Assembly (NCBI GenBank): GCA_973895155.1
Contig: OZ316896.1
Span: 5,694,166-5,758,165, forward strand
Length of the DNA stretch: 64,000 nucleotides
Source: Marsupella aquatica
Lineage: Eukaryota; Plantae; Marchantiophyta
Direction: 5' to 3'
This document shows, piece after piece, positions 44,678 through 58,270 of this stretch. Each line of letters opens with the position of its first letter. Positions within the stretch are counted from its first letter, which is position 1. The notes below the pieces were generated by a model that saw nothing but the letters and a program-made list of their open reading frames with translations, was not told the DNA's origin and did not search any database. The position numbers and the translations under genes were made by a program.

Positions 44678-47600
44678 GCAAGTAGGCGGGCGGGCTCTTC
44701 CCACACTCTTCAACGTTGCACTGACTGCCTTTGAGTTAGATTTTGCTAATATTCTCCCACAGTTCTCTGTTATGTTTGTGTTTCTCATATTTTTCTTCGA
44801 GCTTTGTGCCATCGAGCTAGTGCTAGTGCACACCCCGAACTAACAGCCTGCTTCATTTCCTCATAGTCCTATTGTGGTAAAGAAACCCTGCAGTAGCAAA
44901 ATCACCAGAACAAGACTTCATCTTTCAAAATCCCCTTTCGAAGCTGCCATTTGCAGGAAGGAATTTGGTCATATTTCCATTTGAGGACGATAGTGGCAAA
45001 TCTGGAAATGCGCATTAATGCTTCATATCGCCTGGTACTGTCGTGGGTCTCTGGTTCTATACAAAATGTTCCTACTGTGACGATCTCGATGACGATGCGC
45101 AGGATGACTCTATTGCTTGGACCACCGAGTTCGGGAAAGACCAGTCTTCTCCTCGCGCTGGCCGGAAAGCTTGAGAAATCGTTGAAAGTGAGTTTTTTCA
45201 CGCTTGGGTCCGACAAATTCCTCGTCAATGCAGTCACCTTCCACTCCGGAGTCTCGTTAGAACCGGTGATTTGATGAGAAATTGAATTCCTCTTTTCACC
45301 TTTTGATTTGGTGGATACCCGATCTGACTTCGCAGGTGAAAGGAGAAGTCACGTACAATGGATACAAGTTGAATGAATTTGTAACACAAAAAACGTCGGC
45401 TTATGTCAACCAAACTGATTTGCACATAGCACAGATGACTGTCCGAGAAACTTTGGAGTACTCGGCCAAATCACAGGATATCGGCCCCAGCCGATATGGT
45501 TAGTTCTCTAAGAGGTCAATTATGCTACAAATTATTGTCACAAAGCATTGCCTCTCCTTGAATTGGGTTTTTGGACGAGAGATACCCGTATGAAGTGTTT
45601 GGGAAAGAATTTGCAAGTCAGTGTTCAAAGCAAAATTTTTGTCTTTTTCAGCTACTCTGCCTCCTTGACGGAATTCCCCTGATGTCGTGGGGTCGATGTG
45701 CTAATGTGCAGATCTTTTGACGGAGCTACATAGAAAACAAAAAGAGCTCGGTATCCATCCTGAAGCAGATGTAGATTACTACATGAAGGTGTGTTGGGTT
45801 GCTCTTGACAGACAGTTTTCTTCGCTGTTTCTTCTTCTACTTGCCAGAATTTGTTCATTTGAATTGACGTGGATGATCGCAAGCTGATTTCTGCCCCTGT
45901 TCTTATTAACGCAGGCATCTGCGATGAAGGAAACCTCCAGCAGCGTTATTACCGACTACGTGATGAAGGTGAGTTGATAGGCATTGGGAGGCAAATGGAC
46001 CGCACCGAAGTATGCATCGCAATGTTCACCCTGGATCAATCGATCGTAACGCCATTTTGGCTTCATTGAATAAACGTTTCTGCGACTTTTGTTGCAGATT
46101 TTGGGCTTGGATATTTGTGCAGACACAATGGTGGGAGATGAGATGGTCAGAGGAATCTCAGGTGGACAGAAGAAGAGACTGACTACTGGTTAGTACTTAG
46201 CTATCCACCTACAACCAAGCTACCCTCTCCCAGCTATCTATTTGAAGTTGCTGGCATCGGTCTGCTCCATGAAACGACGAGTGATAAGATTGTTATTGGA
46301 GAACTCAAGTTTAAAAGTATATCTGAGCTTGGTCATAAAAAATGTTATGTGCTCTCTGGACCTTTGCTGAAGTCCTTTTTCCTTTGTATCATTGTGGTCA
46401 CTGAATTCTCTGCACTGTCAAAAAATAGTTAGCCAATGAAGATTCGAAAAGGATTTGCTGTTCACGTTTAGCTTGGTTGCATTCTGGTCCTGACCCGTGC
46501 GCGGTAATTGCCGCTTGCTCTTTCGAATTGCAGGGGAGATGATCGTGGGTCCCATGAAGACTCTCTTCATGGACGAGATCTCCACTGGTTTGGACAGTTC
46601 AACGATATTCCAGATTGTTGGATATCTCAGGGATATCACACATTTGTTGGAACACACGATGCTCGTCTCAATGCTGCAGCCAGCTTCTGAAACGTACAAT
46701 CTGTTCGACGATGTGATCCTATTGTCTGAGGGACAGATTACATACCATGGACCGATAAGTGACATTCTTGGATTCTTTGAGAGCTGTGGATTCAAATGCC
46801 CTGAAAGGAAGGGTGTTGCGGACTTTTTGCAAGAGGTGACATCTCGGAAAGATCAAGAGCAATACTGGGTGGACAAATCCAGCCCGTATGAGTTCGTGCC
46901 AGTGAAGGACTTCGCCGAGGCCTTTTTAAGGTCTTCGGCAGGCGTCAAGATAGCCGAGGAGCTGAAGGTTCCTTTTGACAAAGAGAAAGGTCATCCGGAA
47001 GCGCTGCCACTGAAGCCATTCACGTTGTCGACGGCAGAGCTGGTTAAGATCAACTTCGATAAGGAGTGGCTTCTGATAAAAAGAAATGGCTTCATTTACG
47101 TGTTTAAATCTTGTCAGGTATGTGCACAAACTCATCTGAAGCCCTCTTTCGAGAAGCCCTGCCATGGATTCCCATAAGTGGCAGTCAGAAATTGGGAAGT
47201 AAAATGAAAGGAACATGCCAGAGACTGACTCAAAACATAGAAGCTGCCAGTGAAAAGCACATGCAGAACCCAAATTCCAAGTCCATATTTCTCTCAACTC
47301 TACTAAGGAGTTTGCTTGCCTTGCGCGTTTGCAGATTGCCCTAATGGCTATAATTGCTATGCTCACCTTTTTCCGTACGAGAATGCACCGCGATAACTTC
47401 GATAAAGGAAACCTGTATGCGGGAGCCATATTTTTGGAGTCGCCAACGTCATCAACGGATATGCGGAGCTTTCCTTGATAATTATCAGACTGCCAGTATT
47501 CTACAGGCAGCGAGACATGCTGTTCCTCCCGCCTTGGTGCTTCACTTTGGCAACTTGGATCCTCAGCATTCCCGTCTCAATCGTAGAGACCGTGGCGTGG

Positions 47601-50600
47601 TGTGGTGTCACCTACTACACAATTGGCTTCGCCCCTAGTGCCAGCAGGTGATCTTTTATTTGGCCTGCCTTTGATACTTGAATCCCTGACTTTTCAGTGT
47701 CTGAGTATGGATACCGTCGATTAAAAACATTGCATTTAATTTCTTACTTGCTTTCTCCAAGTCACGGTAAAATCCAATCAATACTAGTTTCTTCAATCGA
47801 TTGTAGATATCGACTGTCCAAACTCCAAAGGGCTGCATATGTGTGTGGGACGAGTTCTAAACTGCAGTCACTGACTTGGTGAATTGCTGTAGATACTGAC
47901 TGTTTGAGATGGTTCGCATGAATGCAGGTTCTTCAAGCAGCTCTTCATATACTTCTGGTTCCACCAGATGGCGGCATCACTCTTCCGTTTAATTGCTGGA
48001 ATCGCTCGTAGCATGGTGTTGGCCAACACAGGAGGCGCATTTGCTCTACTTGGCGTCTGCGCTCTTGGTGGCTTTCTCATCGAGAAGCCGGCCATCAAGG
48101 GATGGTGGATTTGGGGCTATTGGGTTTCGCCTCTCACGTATGCCCAGAATGGTGCTATGGTGAATGAGTTTCTCGCAGCGCAATGGAATATTCATGTAAG
48201 TACTGGGATATGTATCAAGTAAAGCTGAAGTGACTGTTGCAGTCAAGGAATCCTGAGGATTTTTGTTGCATTCCTTCTTTTTAAATAATCGGGAGGAATG
48301 TGTCAGCGAAATTGTAATATTACTTGCACTTCAATTTGTATCAGTCATACTTATAATTTCTTGGGTGCTTTCCTTGGATTGTTTCAATGCAGACATCTGG
48401 TTCGACCGAACCGTTGGGATCCCAGTATTTGAAGAGTATCGGTGTTTTCGCGCATGCTTACTGGTACTGGATTGGAGTCGGAGCTGTGATTGGATACCTT
48501 TTTCTCTTCAACTCTCTTTTCACGCTAGCTCTCACATACCTCGACCGTATGTCGAATGTCTTTCACCTGCGTTCAACATTTATGCAGCGACATATTTTCG
48601 ATTTAGATGTCGCTGTCGAGCTTCCATTTGAATGGACTGATGAATGATGTCAACAGAAGGGATCAAGTCCAAGGTGTATGGCAATCCGTCTATACAATGA
48701 CATGCCTTGTTATGTTGTGCTTCAAAATTCTTGCGTTGACTTTTGTTTCTGTTGTGCTTGAATTTTTCAGCTCTCGGGAGAGTTCAAGCTGTTATGTCTG
48801 AGGAACAAAGGGCTGAAGCACATGCCAATCTCACCGGCGAAGTAGATGAAGCTACTATTCCATCCAGGAGAAGTAAGTATCACCGCCACCATGCCTCGAT
48901 CTCTGTCCAAGAACGGTTAGTAGATTTCCACTCACTATTAACTTCGCAGTGACGACGAGCTTGAGATTCCCTCAATCCTTTCTATCTTACGATGAAATAT
49001 TCATTCTCAGTACACTACTACAATACGGCGGTGATGTTATGATGTGTGTGTGAACGTCGTTTTGGAGGGTAAGGCAGAGCCGTTAGTTTCGAAGTTTGAA
49101 CTCCATTTCTTGTTTGTTTATTTCCGATGTAGACGATATTTGCATACGAATGTTACCCTTGGCGGAAAGGACAAGTGAACTATAGGCTAATGACGGAATC
49201 TTACCTGCTTGCTGAGTGGCTCTGAATTGTGGCAGTGTATGCTTGAAGTAGTGGCATTTTCTTGACAAATGGTGGGGAAGCAGTTCAATGACACCTAATC
49301 ATGAAGTTCTCCTCCAATTTGCAGGATCTGTGGCACGAAAGAGTGGTTTTTCATTTGCAAGGCAGAGTGATGTTCACATGGCTAGAAAGAGTACTCTGGC
49401 TCCTGCCGATGATAATGAGAATGACTCCAAAGTTCACGATGTGAGGGCTAGAGCGAGCAATACTCTCCCAAGAGCCTCCAGGAACTCAAATACGGAAGAT
49501 GCAAACGGTGTGGCTGCTAAGCGAGGCATGATACTACCCTTCCAGCCGTTGTCGATCAGCTTCGACAATGTCCAGTACTACGTTGATATGCCAGCAGTAA
49601 GTCTTTCTCTCTTTTATCGTCTAAGTATTCAATTTCAATAGACAAGACAACGGATGCTTGCCGTGTCTTGATTTTGTTGTAAATTGTGAATATAATTTGA
49701 ATCGAGCTCGTCAATTCTAAGAATATTAGGAACTGTTGGGCGTACAGCAAATGAAGGCACAGGGCGCAACGGAGGATAGGCTACACTTGCTGAGAGGAAT
49801 CACAGGAGCTTTCAGGCCGGGACTTCTCACGGCTCTGGTCGGTGTGAGTGGAGCTAGGTAAGCATTGGTACAACTGTCTCTCATCTCGTTTCGTGACTGA
49901 ACCGAAATTCCTAGAACGACTAAGTTCATACCATGGCCACAGCGGATTTGTTTCGTAGAATGAACAATTAAATTCCTCATACCTAAGCAAAGTGACTATG
50001 ACGATAGGTTCAATCAACAATACCCAATAAGGTCAAAACATGCGGTGCCGAAAATCCTAGCTTTCAGAGGACTGACGCCCATTACCTCCAATATTGTATT
50101 GCAGGAAGACAACCCTTATGGACGTTTTGGCAGGGAGGAAAACTGGAGGTTAAATTGAGGGAGATATTCGAATTGCCGGTTTCCCCAAAGTTCAGGAGAC
50201 CTTCGCCAGGATTTCAGGGTATTGTGAGCAGACGGACATTCACTCCCCACAAGTCACAGTTCACGAATCTCTCACCTACAGCGCTTGGCTCCGTCTGGAT
50301 GGATCGATTGATAATAACACCAAAACGGCATTTTCCTTCCACTGTCACCTTTATATATGATTTTTATATATGATCCTTTTGTGTGCGACCGGCCATCACT
50401 GGAAGGTAGGTAATTTGGGGTACTGCGAAGCTACTGTGGCTAACATGAAATTCCATTATGGATTGAAACATTTATTCAAAAATGACGGCGGGGTTTACGT
50501 GGAAGATCCTGACATGTTTAATTGTTTACGTGTGCATATTTCAGCAATTCGTGATTGAGGTGATGGATTTGGTGGAGTTGACACCTCTCAAGGACGCACT

Positions 50601-52855
50601 TGTTGGGCTGCCCGGAGTCACTGGTCTCTCCACAGATCAGAGAAAACGTCTCACAGTTGCAGTGGAACTTGTGGCCAACCCGTCCATTATTTTCATGGAC
50701 GAGCCCACTTCTGGTCTGGACGCACGTGCTGCTGCCATTGTGATGAGAACTGTAAGAAACACTGTGGACACTGGGCGGACTGTGGTGTGCACCATTCATC
50801 AACCAAGCATAGACATTTTTGAAGCCTTCGACGAGTTGCTCCTCATGAAGCGTGGTGGGCAAGTAATCTATGCAGGTCCCCTTGGCAGACATTCCCATAG
50901 AGTCGTGGAGTACTTTGAGGCTCTGCCCGGTGTCCCTAAAATCAAAGAAGGTTACAATCCAGCCACTTGGATGCTGGAGTTTCTTCCCCAGCAGTAGAGA
51001 ATCATCTTGCTGTGGATTTCGCTGACATCTATAGCAAGTCCTCACTCTTCACGAGGAACAAAGGATTGGTCGAGAGTCTCAAAACGCCTCCTGAGGGTGC
51101 GAAGGACTTGTGGTTCCCAACCCAGTACTCTCAACCTTTCTACAAGCAAATGACTTCTTGCTTGTGGAAGCAGCAGCTGACTTACTGGCGGAGCCCTGAT
51201 TACAACAATGTGCGCTTTATCTTTTCCTTCCTGGCGGCTCTGCTTTTCGGGACACTCTTCTGGCAAATTGGCAAGGAAAGGTTTGGTTCCCGGTTTGGTT
51301 ACTCATCACCGACTTTCTGATATCCCCAAAGCAATACACTCTGAAAACATATCTACCAACAACTCATTTGTCATAATCGGACCCTTAGCCACTAGCAGCA
51401 AGACCTGATACTGGATAGACCCTGTTCACTTAGTTGAGTTGCTACCGGAACAACAGAAAGGTAACGAGCATCTCTCATCTCGTAATTTTCCTTTTGAACT
51501 TTTAAGATATTAAAGTCTATATATTCGTGAGCGCTCTTGGAAAGTTGAGCTGAACTTGATGTACAGGTGACAGATGATAGAATTTGGTGCTTCAACTGGG
51601 ACCAGCTGGCTTTACGGGTCATCAATATACTCGTGGGTGCTTGTGCAGGGGTACTCAATCCAATATAGCAGCAACTGCAGGAGGCTTAGTGGCCGCAGTG
51701 CTTTTCACTGGTATCAACAATGCAGCGACCGTCCAGCCCGTCGTAGCAACGGAACGGACTGTATTCTATAGAGAACGAGCTTCTGGGATGTATTCTGCTG
51801 CTCCATACGCCATTGCTCAGGTACTGAAACATCATTGTTGTAAGCTTTCGGAGTACAAGGTCCCAATCCCGCAGAGCGTTCTGAATTAATTTGTCAACGG
51901 AAGTGTTGAGGGCCATTAATTTGAAATCAGATCATGCTTCCTGAGAGGGTATTCTCTGCCTTCAAATTTGGCAAGAAGGTAAATCAATGTCGTACCAATA
52001 GGGCCCTGGTGGGGAGTTCAATTAGCTAGAGCGATTCAGTCATTTAGCAGAGGGCTCGAACAATGGGTTTTAACACATTCACTTGGCAACTCAGGTGTTG
52101 ATCGAATTTCCGTATCTCTTGATCATTGCCATCATGTTTGCGTCGATCATATACCCTATGATGGGCTTGCAATGGACTGCTGCCAAATTTTTCTGGTACT
52201 TATACTTTCTGTTCTTCTCCTACGCCTACTTCACCTTCTACGGTATGATGGCCGTGGGTCTTACCCCGAATCACCAAATTGCATCCGTTGTGGCCTCCTT
52301 CTTCTACCAAATTTGGAATATCTTCTCCGGCTACTTGATCCCACGCAAGGTAAGAAAATTTATCCGTACTTGATCTCAAGGTTCCAGAAACTCAGAAACT
52401 CCCTCTTCTGCCGTTACTATTGCTAATATCTGGATTCAATTTGTATACAAATTTTATGTGGAGTCCGAAATGTCCACGTGCGACACTGGGATATAGTGTT
52501 CTTTAGCAGCAGGTAGCGTCTAAATCTGAACCCCTCATGAAATTGTCTTATCCTAATTTGGAGTCTTTCTTGTGTGCAGAAAGCACCACCCTGGGTAAGA
52601 TGGTACTACTGGATCTCCCCCACTGCCTGGACTTTGTATGGTATCTTGGTCACTCAGTTCGGAGACGTCCATACCCCACTAAAATTCACGGACCCAACTC
52701 ATGTACCACAAACAGTGTCAGAGTTTATTTCAGATTATTATGGCTTTGAGACGCATCTCCTCCCGCTTGCGGCCATCATGTCTTTGGTGTTCGCCTTCCT
52801 CTTTACTTTCGTTTTCATGCTATCCATTAAGTTCCTCAACTTCCAGTCGAAATAA
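44678..52855 (+). pseudogene. Full-size ABCG (PDR-type) transporter, 5'-truncated and disabled
   Basis: About 20 exons recognisable: [167 protein letters not shown]. Lesions: N-terminal exons absent, -1 frameshift at about 47431, Walker A of NBD2 reads GVSGARKT, in-frame TAA at 50151-50153 (KTGGY to stop), -1 frameshift at about 50980. Confidence 0.9.
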
Positions 52856-54309
52856 AGGGTATACTGCTAGTTGGCAATCCGACTTAGTGCTGGTGTTTTA
52901 GCCTCGTTGATTATTGCCTACGTTCTACTTTTATGCCTTAGACAGGCATTGTTAACTTTTGATCATCATGTAAATTTAGTTGGACCTTCATAGTGTCAGA
53001 TCCACTGAGAGGATTTGACGTGCCAGCTCGAGATAGATTTGTAACAGTACGTTGAAACAAAGGTGCCAGGGCAAAACGGATTCTATTTGCCGTAGTCTAT
53101 TATTGGTGAAGAGTACAATTTGGAAGCTCCAACACTGAGGGTATGTTTCGCTAAACTCTGCTCGGTGCACTTCAAACACCTTACAGGAACGATTGTTGAA
53201 AGATTTATGGGGCTGGCAGCCTGATTTGGCACTACTGGTATGCATCCCGAAGTGGGGGATGATTTGTAAATAGTGAAGCTCAGCAAATGCTGATTACATA
53301 AAATGAATCCCCGTTCATGTTCAAAGACGAAACTGTGAGATCTGCCGTCAGCTGAAAGGAGCAAAGTTTTCTTGCAGCCTATGCATACATTCACTTCTAT
53401 GTGGGGCTTTCAACATTAATTTCACATCTAGTCGAAGGTCCTTGTCCAGGAATCGTGTTTCTTTGGTTGAGCAAGATATAATTCGAGCCATGCAGACTAG
53501 TTTGTCTGTGACGTTGGACTATTAGACCTGTAGTAAATCATGGCTTGAGGATGATCAAAAGCTCCAGTGGGGCTATTGCTAGTTCACAAGTTTACACTAT
53601 CAAAACAGGATGAAGACCAGTAGCCCACAAATGCTTATCTCAATCTAATGGAATGATGAGATACGGCAGGAGAGGAATGTAACTTGGATAACGCTTGCAC
53701 TTCAATGCTGAATCGACAAAGACAAAATCAACCGTGGGCGGAGTCCTGCTCACGTAGCCCAGAGCAAGTACAAGGCATGGAAAGTGCTTTGTGAATGTCT
53801 TCAAGCTCGAACGAAACAGAAAGTTTATATTTGTTCTGTTCGAGTTGCAGACGTACATATGAACACCCTTTGTCGATGCAGCTTCAATCGAAAAGAGTTT
53901 CATTGCGCACACAGTCATTTGGGTCCGTTCGTCCATGGCAGGGGTAGAATGTGGTACATGAACTAGAGCATATCATAGTGCTAGAGCATGCGTTTTTTGT
54001 CATGACCTAAATCGACAAGATGTCTAGAGAATGTTGACGCAAAGGATAAGCACATGTGATTTGTTCTACATCGATTCAGTGACTTTCTCACGATAGAGCG
54101 CACAAGGGGAGAGAAACTTGCCCGTCCCACACTACACCAACGGCACTTACATTTGGTTCCATTCGAGGTGCCCCTCTATAGGCCTAGCAGAAGAGCTTGA
54201 AGTACGCTGTCCCTGAATCCAATTTGCTGTTAAACCGGCTCTCTAGCAGTCGACAACCGGAATGCGACATCTTCAGGAGCTAGCGAAAAAGACAACTAAA
54301 TTGTGATTT

Positions 54310-54930
54310 CTCCAGGAGCTCCAGTCGCCTAGACTCCCCGACCATGCGAATATCAACACTACGTCGGAGAGAAGGACGATCAACGTCAGCTTGATGCGGT
54401 TCCATTTCAGCTCTACTTCATGAAGAAGAAAACTTCGGGTGGGAGAGAAAGACCATCTTTGTCGTTGTTTTGCGTGGTTCTATTTCAGCTCTGCGTACTA
54501 AAGAAAGCAACCCAGCCGCTGCAAAATTCGACTGACAACCGAAGAACTAAAACCTCGTAAGTTGCGACATTGAAAAATTTGACGAACAACCGAAGACTGA
54601 ACCTCATGAGTTGCAATACTGCGAAATTTGACAAACAACCCAAGATTAACCCTCATGAGTTGCAATTTGGATTTCTCCAGTGGCAGATACCCGACCATGC
54701 GAATGTCAGCTGATCAATCTCGGCTTCACTTCAGCTCTACTTCTCGAAGAGGAAAGCTTTGGGTGGGAGAGAAAGACGAGGGAGGAATCGATGTCGTTGC
54801 TTTACGTGGTTCTACTTCAGCTCTGCCTTCTCAAGGAAAAGAAACCCAGCCATGAGACTGACAACCGAAGAACCACATCCAAAGTTGCGACATTGTGCGA
54901 AATAATGGAAGAACTGGACCTCGTCACCTT
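54310..54930. repeat. Degenerate tandem duplication (~350-bp period)
   Basis: CCGACCATGCGAAT at about 54338 and 54690. Each is followed by TTCAGCTCTACTTC, GGGTGGGAGAGAAAGAC, CGTGGTTCTA and GACTGACAACCGAAGAAC. Confidence 0.75.
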
Positions 54931-56343
54931 CGGAAGCTCGTTCCCATAAATCAGTTTATTTTCCTTTTTTACTCTAAAAAACCAAATGAATTCCATACAC
55001 ATACGATTACGAAGAGGTCAGGATCTCTCGTTTCAAAAACAAAAGCCAGGATGGACTGGCAAGTTTGCCCCTCTTATCCCATGGACTATGACAGGGACAT
55101 ACCATTTTACACCTAATCATGAGATAATTAAACTGCAAATCATCAATTGTACTCATCTCAAAGCCAAATTTTCTCATTAATTGTTCACCTACATTATGTA
55201 AGTCTAACAACATTATGTACTCATCTCAAAGCCAAATTGAGAATGTAAATGGAATGGAATGAAGATGCACATTTAAAATCTTCTGTAGCTCAGTAGCGAC
55301 AAAGTACACACAGCGCTCTTTGTAACAAGAGCAGCGCTCTATGAAAAACATAATTTTTGGTAGCTTTGTTTCCAAAACATTACTTGTAATTTTTCTCTGA
55401 GAAATTTCAGTAGTGTTCTCTGAAAACTTGAATTCATCAACATACTCCCCCCAAAAATTCTCAAGTGACTCTATAGCCATAAATTAATAAAAACACTGTT
55501 TATAACAAGAACAATGGTCTTTGAAAATAATATTCCACAACAATGCTTATGCAAATTGGAATTTCCTTGGCTCCATAATGAAAAAACTACTACAATCCCG
55601 GTAACAAGAGCAATGCTCTATAAAAAAAAAACATTATGTAAAAACATTTTTGGAAGTTGTATAGTCATTCCGTGAAGTATCATTGCACTAGAATCTCGAG
55701 AAAATAGGTAGAATAATTGTAATTCATTTATGAAAAATTGAGCTTATTTGGGCTTTAGATTTGACCCCCTAACCTCCTTGGTGGGAATTGTTTCCTTGGT
55801 TCATGAGTCATTGTCAGTGTTACTTTTGTCCCCCTTTTTGCATGGCTTATAAACATAAAAATATTTTTTTGAGTAAATTAGATTCATTTGGTTTTTACCA
55901 TTGAGCAAATTACTTGAGGCGGTATGAGTAAAATGTGAAGCACTCAATCTACTCAAAATGTCATCTCCCATGAAGGTTAGATAAGGTATTTATATAAGTA
56001 CCTAAATGTGCTTTACATTTTATCTTTTTTATGAAACTCTAAAAAAATGGTTAGAATAACTGTGTGGAGAGGAAAGAGTTGGAATAATGAAGTTCAACCT
56101 TCAATTAAAGTGCTTTGGCCTCTGTCAATGTATCTTTAAGACACAAATGGTGACAGAGTTTATTGACAAGGAAAAGAGTGGGACAGAATTGATGATTTGG
56201 TTGCTTACACTGTATTTTTTGGACAGAAGTGTAAAAAACAATATGCAAGCACATTTTTATGTTTTAGTCAAGTCCATGCAGGTTTGGTTATCCATGAGAG
56301 CTTCATGGACAACATGCAGGTCCATCCGGGCTTTAAGTTCCTC

Positions 56344-56567
56344 GTTTCACTGTCGCCAACCAAGTGATAAGAAAAACTACCTACACTCTTCACCTTGATT
56401 AGTCTTACTAATTCTATTTGGGTGACTAATAGTTTCACTGTCGCCAACCACCTACCACCTGATAAGAAAAACTACCTACACTCTTCACCATGATTAGTCT
56501 TACTAATTCTATTTGGGTGACTAATCGTTTCACTGTCGCCAACCACCTGATAAGAACAACTACCTAC
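56344..56567. repeat. Tandem repeat of about 90 bp, 2.4 copies
   Basis: GTTTCACTGTCGCCAACCA at 56344, 56432 and 56527. Confidence 0.85.
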
Positions 56568-58270
56568 TGTAGTGTCCTATTTGAACTCATGATCTCAACC
56601 AACTGGACTCTTCTACCGCTGCATCACATAGATTTATTATACTGAATCATTCATGTGCCTCATATTACATCTTATTTATAAAGCCCTACTTATAAAGCAA
56701 AGGGAAGCTAGAGGTGGGGTCTAGGTTTTTAGAGTGAAGTCTCTCAATAACTCCAGGCCCCACCAAAATGTATGTGCATACAAAAAAACGTGTGCATGGA
56801 GAGAATGATAGGGCCTCACCAAAATTCGTAAGCATGGAAAAAAATGTGCTTCGAGCAAATGATTCATGTTAAAATGATGACATGTACCATAATTTCTATC
56901 TCATTTCAAAACTCACAATGACTCTTAATAAAGATAAAATTTCTTAGTAAAGACAAAACTGAAAGTATGGTGAAACCAAATATGGGGCAAAGATGAAAGG
57001 GATATAAGGTAGAATTGTATTTTTGGCAAATTTTTGTTTTGTTTTCATCAATCCAAGGGGGCATGATTCAAAATTTGGGGTGAGAGTAAGAAAGAGGACC
57101 AAGTGGGTGAGTTTTTGGAGGGTTTATGATGCAACTAAATCATGCTTCATTTGTGCAGCAACAGAATTTATAATAAAAGCAAAATATTAATTTCTTTTCT
57201 TACAAATTATCAAGAGAAGAATGGAACATAAAGATTACTACCCAGAGTAAATGCAAATAGAGGCATAAAAGAAAAGTGTAAGTGTTTGGTTTTACTTTTC
57301 ACCTCACCTGGTTTGGATTCCTGATGGAAAAACACTTCCATCAATAAAAATCTTTCAAGTGGGGTTTCCTTGTGTCTATTGATACATTGTTCGTATTATA
57401 CTAGAGAATATATATATATTGTCTGGCACTTTATTGTAGTGAACTCTATTCTAGTGAGTTAAAATAATCAAGCACTAGAATGATGTAACTATATCAAGCA
57501 TTTTTTGAAAACGTGGGGTTTATCAAGGTAAGCTTTGCCAGACGGGGCCAGTCAAGCAAGCTGCCATTTCAAACACCAATTCCACGCACATGCAGACCAG
57601 GAAGCATTCAACTTGCTCGCTAAGTCTACGCTTGGACACTCCAATACGAAAAACGATCTGGACAGTCATTCTCCCATAGTTCAATTACTCGGTAGATCAA
57701 GATGTAATACATTTCCTATAGTTACAGTTCACTATGTGCCGGCGATCATAGGTGGTCAGGCCGTTCCCTGTGGGCACTTGGCACTAATTGCGAAGTTCAG
57801 AGAGAACCTAGTAGGTGTGAATGATCTCACCGGCATTGAATGGCGGAACCATGAATCCCTGGAGCTAAGAATTCACAGGTGCGCAAGCACACGACAGAGA
57901 TTGAATTTTCCATCGTTGAAGACTGAAGCAGCAACCAAACTGACTGAGTTAGCTGTCTTCAGCTTTAAACAGGCTTGCCCTGCATAGATTATGCTAAATT
58001 GTGCTGATGCATGGTTATGACTGCTCTGGCTCACAGGTTCTGGAGAATACAACAATCGTTGCACCTACTGAGCCTTACCTAGAACGAGTACTTCCCAGGT
58101 GAGAAAGAATTGTAAATTGTGTCAAGAGTTTTCAAAAAATGTCAATTTCAAATGTTCTATCTACAGTGGTTGATACTTCCATTTCCATGTTAGCCAGGAT
58201 TAACCCACGATTACACGAGTTCTAGAGACAATGGTGGATCGGTCCATGACAGACCTTAGTAATGTGATTT

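Noticed and set aside
52988-53966. Short ORFs downstream of the ABCG pseudogene
   Set aside because: No recognisable homology or consistent exon chain.
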